Below, in pieces: positions 51,040 to 64,000 of a stretch of 64,000 bases of DNA (the first letter of the stretch is position 1; each line of letters begins with the position of its first letter). Where the stretch lies: positions 90,093,741 to 90,157,740 of the forward strand of contig CM041465.1 in the NCBI GenBank assembly GCA_023213395.1, written 5' to 3'. The position numbers and the translations under genes are program-made. The notes under the pieces were generated by a model. It saw only the letters and a program-made list of their open reading frames with translations. It searched no databases and was not told the origin of the DNA. The stretch is from Cycas panzhihuaensis. Its lineage: Eukaryota; Plantae; Cycadophyta.

Positions 51040-53891
51040 TTCATTATTATTTATTGTTATTTCCTTTAAGATTTGGTCTTTTCATTGAGAGACATGATTT
51101 GGGAATTAAACCAATTTTGATCTCCATTTCATTCCTCATCATTGAAGCATTAAAAAGGGGTTAATTTATGGGATTAAACTAATGTTAATCCACATATTGA
51201 TTATTATAAAATTAAATCACTCATTACCCTATCTTATTCATATTCATAATCTATAGGGAAGTTGGTTCTAAAAAGGGTTAAGAGAATCAAGCCAACTATT
51301 TGTGAAGAGATGAATGATAAGAAAGGTATCTTCTTTTAGTTGAGTGGCCATACTCTCTTCCATAGAGTTTTGGGCAATTCATAGTAATCATTTACTATCA
51401 AAATTCCTCAGGTGCAATAGAAATATTGGAAGAATTTTAATACATTTACCAAGTCATATTTAGATTTTCTTTTAAATATGATGATTTAAATATACAATGT
51501 TATTTCTTATTTGGTTGATTGGCTTTATTCTAAACTAGTTGTAATTAAAAGAAAAGGAGATTAATATTTCATAGTGCCACTTAAAGGTACTAACTCCATC
51601 CTTGCTCTTTATAACTTTTCTTATTCTCCTTAAAACCATACACATAGAAAAGTAAAAGGAATGAATCTTTGCTTATGTTACTTGTTGAATCATTGATTGA
51701 AGTGTTCTCTTTCCTTACCCTTGAAAGAAATGAGAGAATAGAAAGTGAGATCATTGTTGAGATCAAGGTTACAATTATAACTTTTATTGATTATCAAGGG
51801 TAAGGGTCCCCAATAATCTTTCCACCTATTGGAAAGTTGTTTGTGACCTTCTCGAAGTTAAGGGAACTGTTTATTCACTTATTTGGTTGATTCGAATGCT
51901 ATTGTTTATTAGAATTTATTTGATTATATTATGTATATATGAAGTAGCTTAGTTTATAAGTTAACTTGATTCACATACTTTTCATTCATCACACAAGCAA
52001 AAAGACACCCTTCTTCTTTGAAAGAGTTGGTTAAAGGTCTACCCTTGAGTCTTATCATCTTTGACCACTTTTATTTAGGACCTAATAGGTGATTTTCTTG
52101 AATACATATAATTATTATGTCTGTCCTTACAAATCTTAGAGCTTGAATGAGGTCTATTCTTATGCTCTCTTGGCATTCTATGGTGCGAATCATTTACAAC
52201 TATCACCAAGTCTAGCATTCAAAACTATCATAGTTCATAATACGATAGGGTTTGTATCTAGCATACTTGTTTAGCTTATACATAGTCTACCTCTGACATA
52301 TATCTATGTTTCCCTTTATTGGGGCTATCTTCTATGGAGAAATTTAGATATAGTGCAAATTGATATTTTTAATATCTATGCTAGTAAATCAATGGCCATA
52401 CATCTAGTTTCTGCATTTACATTGGTATGTTGGTATAACCCTATCTCTTTGTTTATTTATAAAATTTATATGTTTGTCAAAGTCTCTATCAGACAAGGAA
52501 GTTTGTGTCCTTTTGAATCTAACTAATGGTAGGCTGAGTATATTCTTAACCTAAATCTAACTAACACTTATCTAAGTATATTATCAACCAATAAATATTT
52601 TACTAGAGTTGCCCATCTAACTATGTACTTGACTTAACCAATCAACAGTTTAGCCCAACTAAGGAATAGTTCGCTAATCAATAATTCATGAATAATTCAC
52701 ACGCATTAGTGTTTAAAGGGCATCTATCACAAGGGTTACACATCACACATTGTGGAGTGTATTTTTAAGATTATGGGAGACATCCTAGCCTTAACAACAC
52801 ATTGAGGCATTTGAGTAGTTATCATACTCAATTACCATTTGTTGGTGCTCTTTTAAATGGAGTTATCTCTAATCTCGTTTGAAAGGAGCTATATATTTCT
52901 CATCTTGTCTAAAAAGAGTTATCTTTCTTTGTTTGTTAGTACTTATTTGAATATGTTTATATTATATGATCTACACTATAGTAATGTTATCATGCTAAGG
53001 TTGTTAGGTTTCTATCATATATTCTAACCAAATTGGAGTTCAGTAACATTCTCATCCTACGTGCAATTTTAATTAGAGATCAATAAGTAGAAGGAATTAA
53101 TAAAGGAGAATGACAAATGGGTGCACCTCTCCTCCCTCAATCACATCAATATATTTTTACACCAAGATATATACACCTTTTTCGAGACAATATATTGTTG
53201 CTCTTCTTTTTTTAAGTTTTTTTCTTTTTAAATACACTTAATAACTTATATTTTAAGTAATATTGATCACTTAAAGAGGCATAACTTACATGTTTGAAGT
53301 TATTTTTATATTTTGTCAGTTTTATTAGATCCTTTAGTTAAAATGAATGGCTATACTCACATATTGGGCTTAAATTTTAAGGTGCATTTAATGCTTTAAA
53401 ATTATATATATTAAAAAAATTACAATAATTTATGTGTTAAAGATAATTTAGACCTCCTTATATTATTTAAGGCATAACTTTATCATAAAGTGTAAGATAT
53501 AGGTCATGCTTAAAGTGTTGAATTCCTAATTTGATTATCTATAAAGTGAGTGGCTATCTGAGTATATTTGATATCATTTAATATATTATTTTAAATTTTT
53601 AAATTAATGCAAGTTTGATGGGCTTTCTAAGAGTTGATCCCATAACAAAACTTTGCACTAACATCACTTTGTAAGCTTAAATTAATATAAAAACTTTTAT
53701 ATTAGAGGGGTTGAGTCCTAATTGGGACATTTATACATGTCTTAAAGTTGGAGGACCATTTGACTTGTACTTGAGTGTCTTTTTTGTTATTGTTTAGTAT
53801 CTCTTATTGTATCTTTCGAGTACTCTTGCTCCTTCATCAAACACTTTTTAAACTTTTAAACAATGTTATTCTAAGGCATTATACCTTCATC

Positions 53892-56800
53892 ATGGTTTTT
53901 CATATAAATAATGTAATGGTGCCTAAGTTTGATGGCATAAATTTCTTGCAATTGAGTAGAAGAATGAAGTCAATCTTTGTATTAACAAATATGTGGGATT
54001 TAATTATAAATGGTTATGGTCCACTTAATCTTAATACTATTATAGATAAGAACAAGACTTTCAAGGAGAACAAAAAGAAGGACAATAAGACTTTGGCATT
54101 TATCTTATGTGCTTTGGAGGACTATATCTTTCTAAGTGTAAGTGAGAGAAGCATGGGACACTTTGAAAACTACCTATAAAGAAGTTATTATAATAAAACT
54201 ATAAACCTTAAGTACAAGATTTAAAAATTATTGAATGAATAACAATGAGGGGATCAATAATTTTATAACTAAAATATAAGGCTTAGTTAATCAAATGACG
54301 GCATTAGGAGAAAATATTAGTAAACAAAGAGTGGTAAAAAAGATTCTAAGGAGTGTTAGCAGGCTTAATAGATTTGAAATAATAGCCATAAATATTGAAG
54401 TTTCTAAGGATCTTACTACACTTAAGGTTGATCAAATTAGTACCATGTTATTAGTTGTTGAAGAAAATAAAAATGTTGGTGCATCCTTACTAAATGAATT
54501 TGCCACTAAGTGAAAGATTAAGCCATCTTATAAAGGCTAAAATTCTAAGGGAAAAGGTCAATCTCATAGAGGTACGGGTCAAAACTATAAGAACCAAGGA
54601 CAACTTTACTAAGGGAAATTTCATCAAGGCCAAAGAAAACTTTATCAAGGATAAGATTATAGAAATCATGAGTAATTTAATTAAGGATAATGATAAGGTT
54701 TTACAAACCAAATACAAGATTGTGGACCTCAAAACTATAAACATAGAGGATAAATTCCAAGAGAGAGAAACTAAAGACAAAAAGGTAGGAGTCCTAGAAG
54801 AAGAGGAATAATATATTGTTCCTACTACTATAGAAATTAATACTTAGAAAGCAATTTCTTCTCAAAAAAGTCCAATGTGCAAAGGGAAGTAGTAAATACC
54901 ATAATTGAGGAACCAAGGGAAAATGAAAGACTTTTCCTATCATGTTTAATGGCTAATGAGGAAGAGGATAATTAGCACATTAACTCATATTCCTCTACTT
55001 ATATGACCCGTATGAAAGAATGGTTTAAAGAGTTGGATAATTCTCAAACAAGCAAAATCATATTTAGAGATAACACTACTCAAGTAGTAACAAGTAAAGG
55101 GAATGTATATATCTAAATAGATTTTTAAGAAACTAAGTATAGAAATGATGTACTTCATATCCCTACACTAAAAAAGAACTTGTTCTTAGTTGGATAAATT
55201 ATAAAGCAAAGTATAAAGTTATCTTTAATGATAAGGAGTGTATAATTAGGGACAAGTTAAAAAATAAAGTAATAGTTACAAAAGGTCAAATGACAAGTGA
55301 TAGGTTATTCAAAATTTTCATACCCCTAAATGACAATTATAACTTAAAGGCATAAATTAATATGGATAGCGAGATATGGCATCAAAGATTTGTCCATTTG
55401 AACTATAATAGCTTAGTATTAATAAAGAAGATAGAAATGGTGATTGATTCACCCAATATTAAACATAACAAAGAGGTTTGTGAGGGATGTATAATAGGTA
55501 AACAATAAAGAGAAGGATTCTCAAATGATAACTATAGAGCAAATTAGCCATTATAACTAGTATACATAGATGTATATGGACTAATGGATGCAATATCCCT
55601 TGGAGGTACAAAATACTTCATAATATTCACTGATAACTTTATAAGAATGCCTTGGGTATATTTTTTCAAGTTCAAATTTGAAGCATTTCAATACTTTATA
55701 AACTTCAAGGTGATGATTGAAAGGCAAAGTGGTCATAAAATCTTAACCCTTATTTTAGATAATGGCAAAAAAATTATTTCTAATGAATTCAAGGACTATT
55801 GTAAGTATTATGAAATAAGGATGCAACTTACTAATCCTTATATCCCTCAACAAAATGGGGATGAAAAAAGGAAAAATAGGATTATTATTTAGATGGCAAG
55901 GAATATGCTCAAAGATAAGCATCTTGGCAATGAGTTTTGGATATAAGTTGTTTATAGAATTGTTTACTTATCAAATAAATATATAACAAAATTAGATAGA
56001 TGGATCACACTTGAAGAGGCTTAGACAGGGCATAAGCCTAGCATCAAACTCTTAAGGGAATTTAGGTGCATAGCATATATACATATTCTAGAATAAAAAA
56101 GGACTAAGTTAAATGAAAAAAGCACTAAGTGTATATTTATAAGATATAATAATATAGTAAGGTCCTATAAATTATATGATCCTAAAGATACAAAGATCAT
56201 TAGAAGTATGGATGTTATCTATAATGAAGATGGATTTTATTAAGAAGATATTACTAAAAAAGATAAATGTAGAAATATTATAGTTGATATGGAACCTAAA
56301 TCAAATGGTATAATGTACCTATATCAACTAATATAAAGCGAGCATGTTCATTAACTTTAAACCAAAAAAAATCTAAAATGGATTTAAAAGAGCCATATCC
56401 CTTAAGATATCTTAGACACAAACTTTGAGAGAAGAACAACTAGATCTCAAAGGGTAAATTTTACGTTAATAACATGAGTAATGGAGACAAATGAGCCTTA
56501 AAACTTCAAAGAGGTAAATAGTCATCATAAATAGAAGATAATAATAAAAGAGGAGTAGAATACCTTAATGAAGAATTATACTTAAGGGTTAGTTTATTTG
56601 CCATCCAGAACGAATACCATTGCAACAAAATGACTCAACGAGACTAAGCACAAGTCAAATGGTTTAATTAATAAATACAAGGCCTAACTAGTTACAAAGG
56701 ATTATACTCAAGTTTAAGACATAGACTATAATAAAATATTTGTACCTATAATAAGGTCAAAAATAGTTAAATTAATTATAGCCTTAGTTGCACAACATTA

Positions 56801-57043
56801 TTGGATAGTCTATCAAATGGATGTAAAGAGTACCTTCTTAACTAGGTATATTGATGAGGAAATATATGTCCAACAACTTAAGGGTTTTGGGATAAAAGAT
56901 AAGGAATATAAGATCTATAAACTTAAAAAGGAATTGTATGGACTTAAATATGCACCTAGAGTATCACACTTTAGGATTGGTAAATACTTTAAGGATAAAG
57001 GATTCCTAAGAGGTAATTAGACCCAATTTATAAATTAAGTTGG
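53892..57043 (+). pseudogene. Ty1/copia element F gag-PR-INT-RT (degenerate), RT truncated by insertion G
   Basis: VPKFDGINF..MWDLIINGY; VVKKILRS; KYFIIFTDNF..PQQNG; QMDVKSTFL..KLKKELYGLK. Confidence 0.92.
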
Positions 57044-60000
57044 TGTAGTAGACAAAAAACATATTTCCAATAGATAATAGTAATATTCACGTAACTTCAT
57101 AGAAAATATCATATATTTGTAGCAGTATATCCTCATAAAATATCATTCAATAGTCATGTATAATATAACATCCAAGCATTGATAAATAATAATATAAAAT
57201 GATCATAAATTAATGACAACACTTGGTACAGAATCCAACTGCACCAACACTCTTTGAGATAGGTGTAAACCTCCAACAAGCATGAGGCCCTAATGGCATA
57301 AGGCCATTACCCAAATGAATAATAACTTCTCCAAGACTGTCTTACTATTGAGGAAGGCTCTTATATTTATAACATTCAAAAACCCAACTGATATTTTTCC
57401 TCTAAGAAATTAACTTTATAATAAAATAAAATAAATAATTCTTCTTTTAATTCTCTTAAAAACTGACTTTATAATAATAATTTCTCTTATTAAATTGACT
57501 TCCTTATTTATTTTAGGAATGTTATAATTCCCCTCACCTTAAAATGATACTTCACCCTTGAAGTATTAAAAATTACTTGTAGCTTGATCTAATCTTCCAG
57601 CCACCACTTATTAGATCCTGCATATCATAAAGATTTGGTTCAATCTTGTGTCTTTTGTGGAACTTTACTTGCAAGCATATTGAATTTATTAATGTCTATT
57701 CTTGGAGGCAGGTACATGCTATATCTTATTCTATATCAGAAGGATCCTAAGACCTGTGAGATGTATTAGATGTCTCGTCATTGTATTGCCTTTGTATTTA
57801 CATATTTCATTTTTAGATGGGATGGTTTTTGGAAAGAGAAGTGAAGATTTTATGAAAAGAATTGATCATAAGGGTTATGAATTCATGACTACTTATCGAA
57901 AACAAGAAAAGAAGAGGTGGGATTATGAACTACGATTAGGCATAACTTTAAAGGTATAGGAAGAAAGGATAACTTTTGAAATCAACCTTGAATGGAGATG
58001 AGAATTTATATGGGTTTTGTTAAACCATAATACTTCATTGGAAAGATAGATGGATGAGGGATTAGTAATAAACATTCTTTATGAAAAAAATACTTTAATA
58101 TGCTTTTAGAAATGGTATTTAAACAAAATAAAAGATTTAATAGAAAAAAATAATATTGGTAATACAAAAATGAAGAGGATTGGGAAGGACAATATGGGGT
58201 TCTATAGGGGGTAATCATTGCACTAAGTGATGAAACCTGATGAAGATTTAGAATATCTTGTTAAGGATGGTCTATAAGAGATGAAAGAGTATGCAAGTAA
58301 AGAGTTGATCTAGGATTATAAAGGGGAATTAGGATTTATTCTATAAAAAAATTAGAGTTAAAGGTTTTAAGATTATGATTAACTATGGGATGGGGAAAAG
58401 AAGGCTTTTTTACTACTATTGAACTAGGGAAAACAAGAGGACATATAAAATTACCAAATAAAATATTCATGTGCAACACAGAATCAATGAGTACCTTGCA
58501 TGAAGTTTGTTGAGATTCTTCTTCTAAATCTAACAATTATTTCACTTGTTCTTTTATATCTTCATGATTCTCCTATGCAACTTCACCTTGAGTCTCTTCC
58601 TTGATCTTGATTTAAGACCCTCCTATCATATGTGCTTGCTTTGAGTCTTTTATACAGTCATATTGTTCTCTTTAGACTAGTTCTTATTTAGCTCCTGAAA
58701 AACCTTTGGCCTCTCTTCATTAATAGTTTCTTCTTTTCCTCCTTCCTCTTCTATTTCTGCATGTTCCTCTAATTTTTTATGGTTTGATGGGCTTATATTC
58801 TCTAGTATTCTTATGAGTATAATCATAAGTTATTGAGTGCCCCTGCTAATCTACTTTAAAATGTTATGGATTTAAGTTATCTCTCTATTAAGGTATCAAC
58901 ACACTTGGATACATCAAATATTATTTCTGATGGTTGGTTCATCATTTTGTTAGATGGAAGGGTTCTCTCTATTTGAATTTTATATTATTTTTGCCTCTCA
59001 AAAGTTGTGATAACAACATATAAAAATTAGTACCACATGAAAGATTCTTTAGCCTAATTAATAAACTAATCATGAGTTTGTCTATCCAATATCATTTCTA
59101 AGATTTATCCATACTCTTTAAGTTTTGTATTAAACATGAATTTATAAATAACTTTGATGTTTTCCATCTATTTTCTCATGTTATCATAGTCCCCCGAATT
59201 TAAAAAACCTATCTCTATTTTTTCTTACTTAATGGAGGCTATAATTTGATGATTAAAATCTATTTTCTCTACTAGTTAAAACTATCATATATGACCACTT
59301 ATAAGGATCATTTCTAATCTAGGAATCTAACGATTTAAATGCCACTACAATCTAGTGCCTATAGTAAGAGATATGGATAAAAATATTCAAGTACCCCTTT
59401 CAAAAAGGCAAAGTTAAAATAAATAAATAAAATGCTTAAGTCCTTTTTAGACTTTAGCCCCTTATTACATAGGATCATCATGTTACCATCCTACTAACTT
59501 TAAAAAAATTAAAATTTAGTCTAGTTTAATTTCATCAAACCTTTCTCAACAATATATCCCTAACTTAAAAATTTATACATATGCTCAAGTAATAAATTTC
59601 TCTGATAATTTGAAAATAGATATTAATTTCACCAATTGTGATGACAAAATCAATGTTCATGATCTAATTCAACTCAACTATCATATTGTAATACTCGTAA
59701 AAAATGCCTTTATGTGTTTGATGATGATCTTCAAGTGCACCTACAACCCAGTCTATGAAATGATCATTATATTTTCAAGATGATCGTCACTTGGCTTTCT
59801 CACACACACAACAATGACTAGGGTTAGCAGTAGTTCTTTCTCCTTCTACAAACATAGATCTATAAAGTAGGGATGGGAGTTGGAGTTGGAACAGGCACAA
59901 ACGATATGTAGGACTATCGCTAGATATAAGGGATGAACGTATGGGAGCCACATAGTTATAAACTATCACCAAATAAAAGGGAGGAGCTACTAATGGGCTA

Positions 60001-60388
60001 AGCAACAAAATAGAGATGGGTGTCATTAATTAAGATTAACACTAAGTGTTACCATAATAGAGGCGAAGTTGCCCAATATATCTTAAGCCTCTAGAGATCA
60101 AATTTACTAATTCCTCTTTGTGGGACTACTCTAATAATTCTCTAGATCTATTCCTTGTGGTGAATGGTGTAATTCCTCCTATAAATAGGCAATATTCTTG
60201 ACTACTTTTCCTAATGTATCATGTTAGATTATTATTTTTATTCAACATAGATGCTAAGATCCCATAAGACATACTAATGCCACTCACAAGCTCGTTGCAT
60301 AAACAACATATGAAAAATAGACTTCTAATAGATAATAGCAATATTCATAGAAATTTACAACAAATATCATATATTTATAGTAGTATAT
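57044..60388 (-). mobile_element. Non-autonomous gypsy element G with gag and protease only (LTR 57044-57526; partial second LTR ~60302-60388 cut by H)
   Basis: LTR homology (aatagataatag.aatattca...aatatcatatattt.tag.agtatat); reverse-complement PPT ttcccctcacc after 57526; CKVLIDSVLHMNI protease (ORF 58336-58536); gag remnant ~58650-59330; no RT/INT seen. Confidence 0.72.
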
Positions 60389-63300
60389 TGTTAAGGTTTG
60401 TGTATATATTGACTGTAGGTTAGGTGTTAAACCAACTAGAGGCAGGGATTATTGCATGCCAGGAACATGCTTAAGGAGACTCAAATACCATATTTACCGT
60501 GGGAAACTCCTAAGAGAGAAAACCCACTAACACAATGTTTAATATATTAAAATAAAATAATAACACAATGTTTCAAGAGTGAGATGGAACATGAGTAGAT
60601 TCCATGAGATCAAATCGATACGAGTTGATAGTTGGAATACCAAGGGGGTACATATGAATATACTCTAAAATGGCATCATAACCTTTTACATATGATCAAA
60701 ACTCTTCATCGTGCCTACTCACATAAGCATGCATACCTCCATCGCACTTGCTCGTAATAACTATCACCTAATAAAGCATTAAGTATATAGTTAAGCCAAG
60801 TTAATTATCGTTAACATCCCCCCTTAATATGAATAAGGAAAGAAGTAAAATGAATTACTCCATTAGTCAAGAGATTTATCCTTATATACTAATCCCCCCC
60901 TCAAGGATTATCTTACTGAGTGTTGACTGGTGATGCTTATATAATAGCTCCATGAATCGATCTGCAACCCAATTAGTGGTCAAAGAAGATTATACTTGAA
61001 ACTTGATTTCATCAAATACATCTTGAACAATCGATTGGTATCTCACTTCTAATGTCAATACTTGATCTTATAAGTACTCTTCCCCTAAACTAAGAGTTTC
61101 TTTGATGAGTCATAATATTTCATCAACTAAAGATAAGTCCAAATCGAACACAATGTATGTACCATTAGTACAATTCAATTACAACAATAGTTTATCGTGT
61201 CCTTTAATGACCTTAAAGGTTTGCACATGATATAATCTCCTCAAGTCTAGGTTAAGAAATGTAGATTGAATATTATTTTGATATAACTCTCCATCAAGTA
61301 TAGCTATTATATTTGACTTGTTTACTCGCTTATGAGCAATGGGTGCAATCATTGTCTTAAGGTCAATTCAAATAGAAGGGATATTTCCATGTAAAGAATC
61401 CTTTTCCTCCTCCATAGCTGCTCTCTAAGAAGGATTCATTTGCCATAATGAATCAGGAATGTGGGAGTGGATCACTTTCATCATTTAAAGTCAACTAGTA
61501 GTTTGAGTTTCAATCAACCTTTATGTTACATCCTTAGTTATGACTAGCAATGACTTAGAGGAGGTTTCCATCTCCTCAATGAGTTACTAGTGTTTTTAAT
61601 TATCTTTTATTTTATCTTCCTCTTGAAGCTCGACCTTTGTAGGATTAGGAGATGTCATGAAAAGGGGATAAAAAATATCTAATAGTATAGGCTTATCAAA
61701 CTAGTATATCAATGTTTCATGAATCTTTATATCCTAGTAATGAAGAATCTTCCACATCACCAAATCACACAGTCTATACATATGATTATTCCCATAGTAT
61801 CCCATAAAAGCACTTTTATGACTATGGTTAGATTTCTTCATCTATGTGTTAGAGATTAGTGCATTTGTAATGCACTTGAAGATTTTTTCAATGCAAGGCT
61901 TTCGACTGATCCATCTTTCATATGGCATCACACTTTGAACTATAGAGGTTAGAATCTGGTTCATAATGTAAACTATATTTCTCATAGCTTCTATCCTAAA
62001 ATTGGATGGCATATATTGTGTTTGCACCCTGCACAATGCCATGTTGATCAAGGTATTATCTTTTCATATGGCAACTCCATCATGTGGGATTAACTCAATA
62101 CCATGATTAGAATAAAACTTAGAATATGATTATCATTGGCTTTTCCAATATTACTCCTTAATAATTTTCACACATCTTTTCAGTTGTCACTTTATATTAT
62201 TTTACTTTTGACTTATCTTTAGGAGAGTATACCTAAGAATCTTAAGCATAAAGAAGATTCACTCTAGATGTATACCACACCTTCTCAAGACAACCACCTT
62301 TCACTATTATTGTTTCAACATTTTTTATTGGTACCACATCAACATTATTGAGTATGATGTTTATTTCGCTAAGATTTTGGTTTAACACATTAAATCTCTA
62401 CTTGCTAGGAGAGATATATTGTTGTGTGCCTGAATTAACTGATACTCATACATAATAAGTAGTTATCTTCTCCTTTCCATTGGCCTACCTTAAGTTTTTT
62501 TTCCTCACCTAGTAGTCCTTTTCCCTGTGGCCCATATTTTTACAATAGGTATAAGAACCATTATAATTCTTCTTCTTGTCTTTATTAGAAACCTCTTCAT
62601 GTGAATATTTATCCCTATCTTCATCCTCATTCTTCTAATTTTTTTAAGATAGGGCATGACTAGTATCAGTAGAACCCGTAAACTTATGATGTTTAAGCTT
62701 AGCTTCCTCTACAAGAAGTAGCTCCTTCAATTTTTGAAACTAGGTATCTTGCAACATCTTGTCAATGTTATATACAGTCTAAAAGGTGTTATAAGCTACT
62801 GGAAACTTGTTCATGACAATTATAAATAGGATTTTATCATTAATCAAGTCTTCTTCTATTCCCTCTAACTTATTCTTAATATCAATCAACTTATTCAAAT
62901 AGGTACTAATGTTGCTCTCATCCTCAATATAAGAGTTGAATAGTTCACCTAGTAAGATGACCAAACGATTTGTTTTCTTCTATTTAAATGTGTCACATAG
63001 GGTCTTTCAAATGTCAAGTAGCATATTCAACTTGTGAATGAGTACTACTTGATTTAGGGCAAGTAGGAGCTTCAGTAGACCTGTTGCATGAAGTTACTTT
63101 CTTCATGTGAGTTTATTTAGTTTAACGTTAGTTTCCCCTCTTTTTCTTAGGTGGACCCTTGTCGGTTAGGTCTCAAAGCTCTTAGACCATCAATACAAGC
63201 TCTATGTTGGACTTCCACTCCTTAAAATTAGTGCTATCAAAGATCACTTGTGGCAAGAAGGTTATTTTGGCGCCCATGTCTACAAATACTCTGAGTTCAC

Positions 63301-64000
63301 TCCCACTTGATTATAAAACAAGATTATAAGTCTTACTTTCCATTGTTTAACACTTTACAAAGCCTAAATCACTACTTTGTATATCACTTCACTAATATTT
63401 TGATATATATATGATACATTCTCCATAAATAAAATGCCTTTTAATGTCAATTGAAAAAATAGTATATTAAAAAAACACTTTTTAATACCATAAACTTCTT
63501 GACGAAGGTAGTATATGCTATGCACAAATGTTGCACATTATTGGGATGATCCTAGATGAAATTACTTCAAATAAAAGTATTAAAACACTAATAAACCACT
63601 TTATCAAAGGTTTTCAAGCCAAGTATTAAAAATAAAATATTCACATGGAATATTCTTCTTTAATCATATCACCCAAAATGTCGCCTGGTTATTTTAAAGT
63701 CATGTGCATTAAAAAGTGATCCACAGATAAAATTTATATTGAATATGATATATAAGTATGTATTAATTCAATAATATATCAAATATAATCATGTGATTAA
63801 TCTATGAAAGCAGTAGTTGCACGATCATTGACCTACGTGTAATTAATTTATCATTCAAAATGTATATCAAATGATGACTCTGCATGCATTAAATGTTCAT
63901 ATGTGATCACTGCATTTTATACTATGTAATCATATGTGTGTATGTATGTGTATACACATACGCATCACTTTGAATTACATATAGTTTCTATGTCAATTTT
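60389..64000 (-). mobile_element. Eroded Ty1/copia element H related to C (3' LTR 60389-60816; runs off the window)
   Basis: TG...CA LTR followed by reverse-complement PPT tccccc; INT remnant in ORF 61842-62051; gag EDESNISTYLNKLIDIKNKLE..LINDKILF closely matches C gag. Confidence 0.88.

Larger units (their letters stand above)
12254..52106 (+). mobile_element. Ty3/gypsy Tat-lineage LTR retrotransposon with aRH downstream of INT (TatI/TatII-type domain order), carrying nested copia insertions
   Basis: Long diverged LTRs both starting tgtttcactatgacc (12254, 36507) and ending ..aagaca/..aataca (15501, 52106); tRNA-Arg-like PBS at ~15513-15530; purine tract acaagggg before 36507; flanking tata/tata; gag, PR, RT, RH, INT and aRH in order. 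Confidence 0.82.
36507..52106 (+). repeat. 3' LTR of Tat element, split by copia B (36507-37385 + 50540-52106) and lacking ~830 bp present in the 5' LTR
   Basis: Colinear with 12254-14360 and 15195-15501. Confidence 0.82.

Noticed and set aside
54490-54811. Two overlapping ~100-aa ORFs
   Set aside because: Off-frame and antisense readings of the low-complexity Gly/Arg/Gln-rich gag linker of copia F.

Overview
AT-rich, CpG-depleted plant intergenic DNA made almost entirely of nested, decayed LTR retrotransposons. I found no intact host gene, rRNA, tRNA gene or CRISPR array. A gymnosperm-like host is my inference from the Tat architecture and the mutation pattern. The backbone is a ~40 kb Ty3/gypsy Tat-lineage element (LTRs 12254-15501 and 36507-52106). 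It carries gag-PR-RT-RH-INT, a separate archaeal-type RNase H (aRH) ORF downstream of the integrase, and an antisense, probably intron-containing PMD-like gene in its 3' region. Four Ty1/copia elements with recognisable TSDs are nested in it (A 19532-27900 containing C' 21263-25551; B 37386-50539 containing C 38248-44557). To the left lie a duplicate of part of the Tat+A composite (1-4277), a copia RNase H fragment, and a chromovirus-like gypsy interrupted by a non-autonomous copia (J 6215-9908) and a tRNA-derived SINE (10178-10431). To the right lie a copia (F), a gag-protease-only gypsy (G) and another decayed copia (H). The most unusual observations are the Tat 3' accessory cassette (aRH plus antisense PMD-like gene), a tandem array of 'LTR-end + primer binding site' modules in copia A, paired polypurine tracts in several elements, a conserved hairpin shared by dissimilar LTRs, and a CAA/CAG-biased C-to-T signature at LTR termini. 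All alignments were made by eye; coordinates of degenerate coding regions are approximate.
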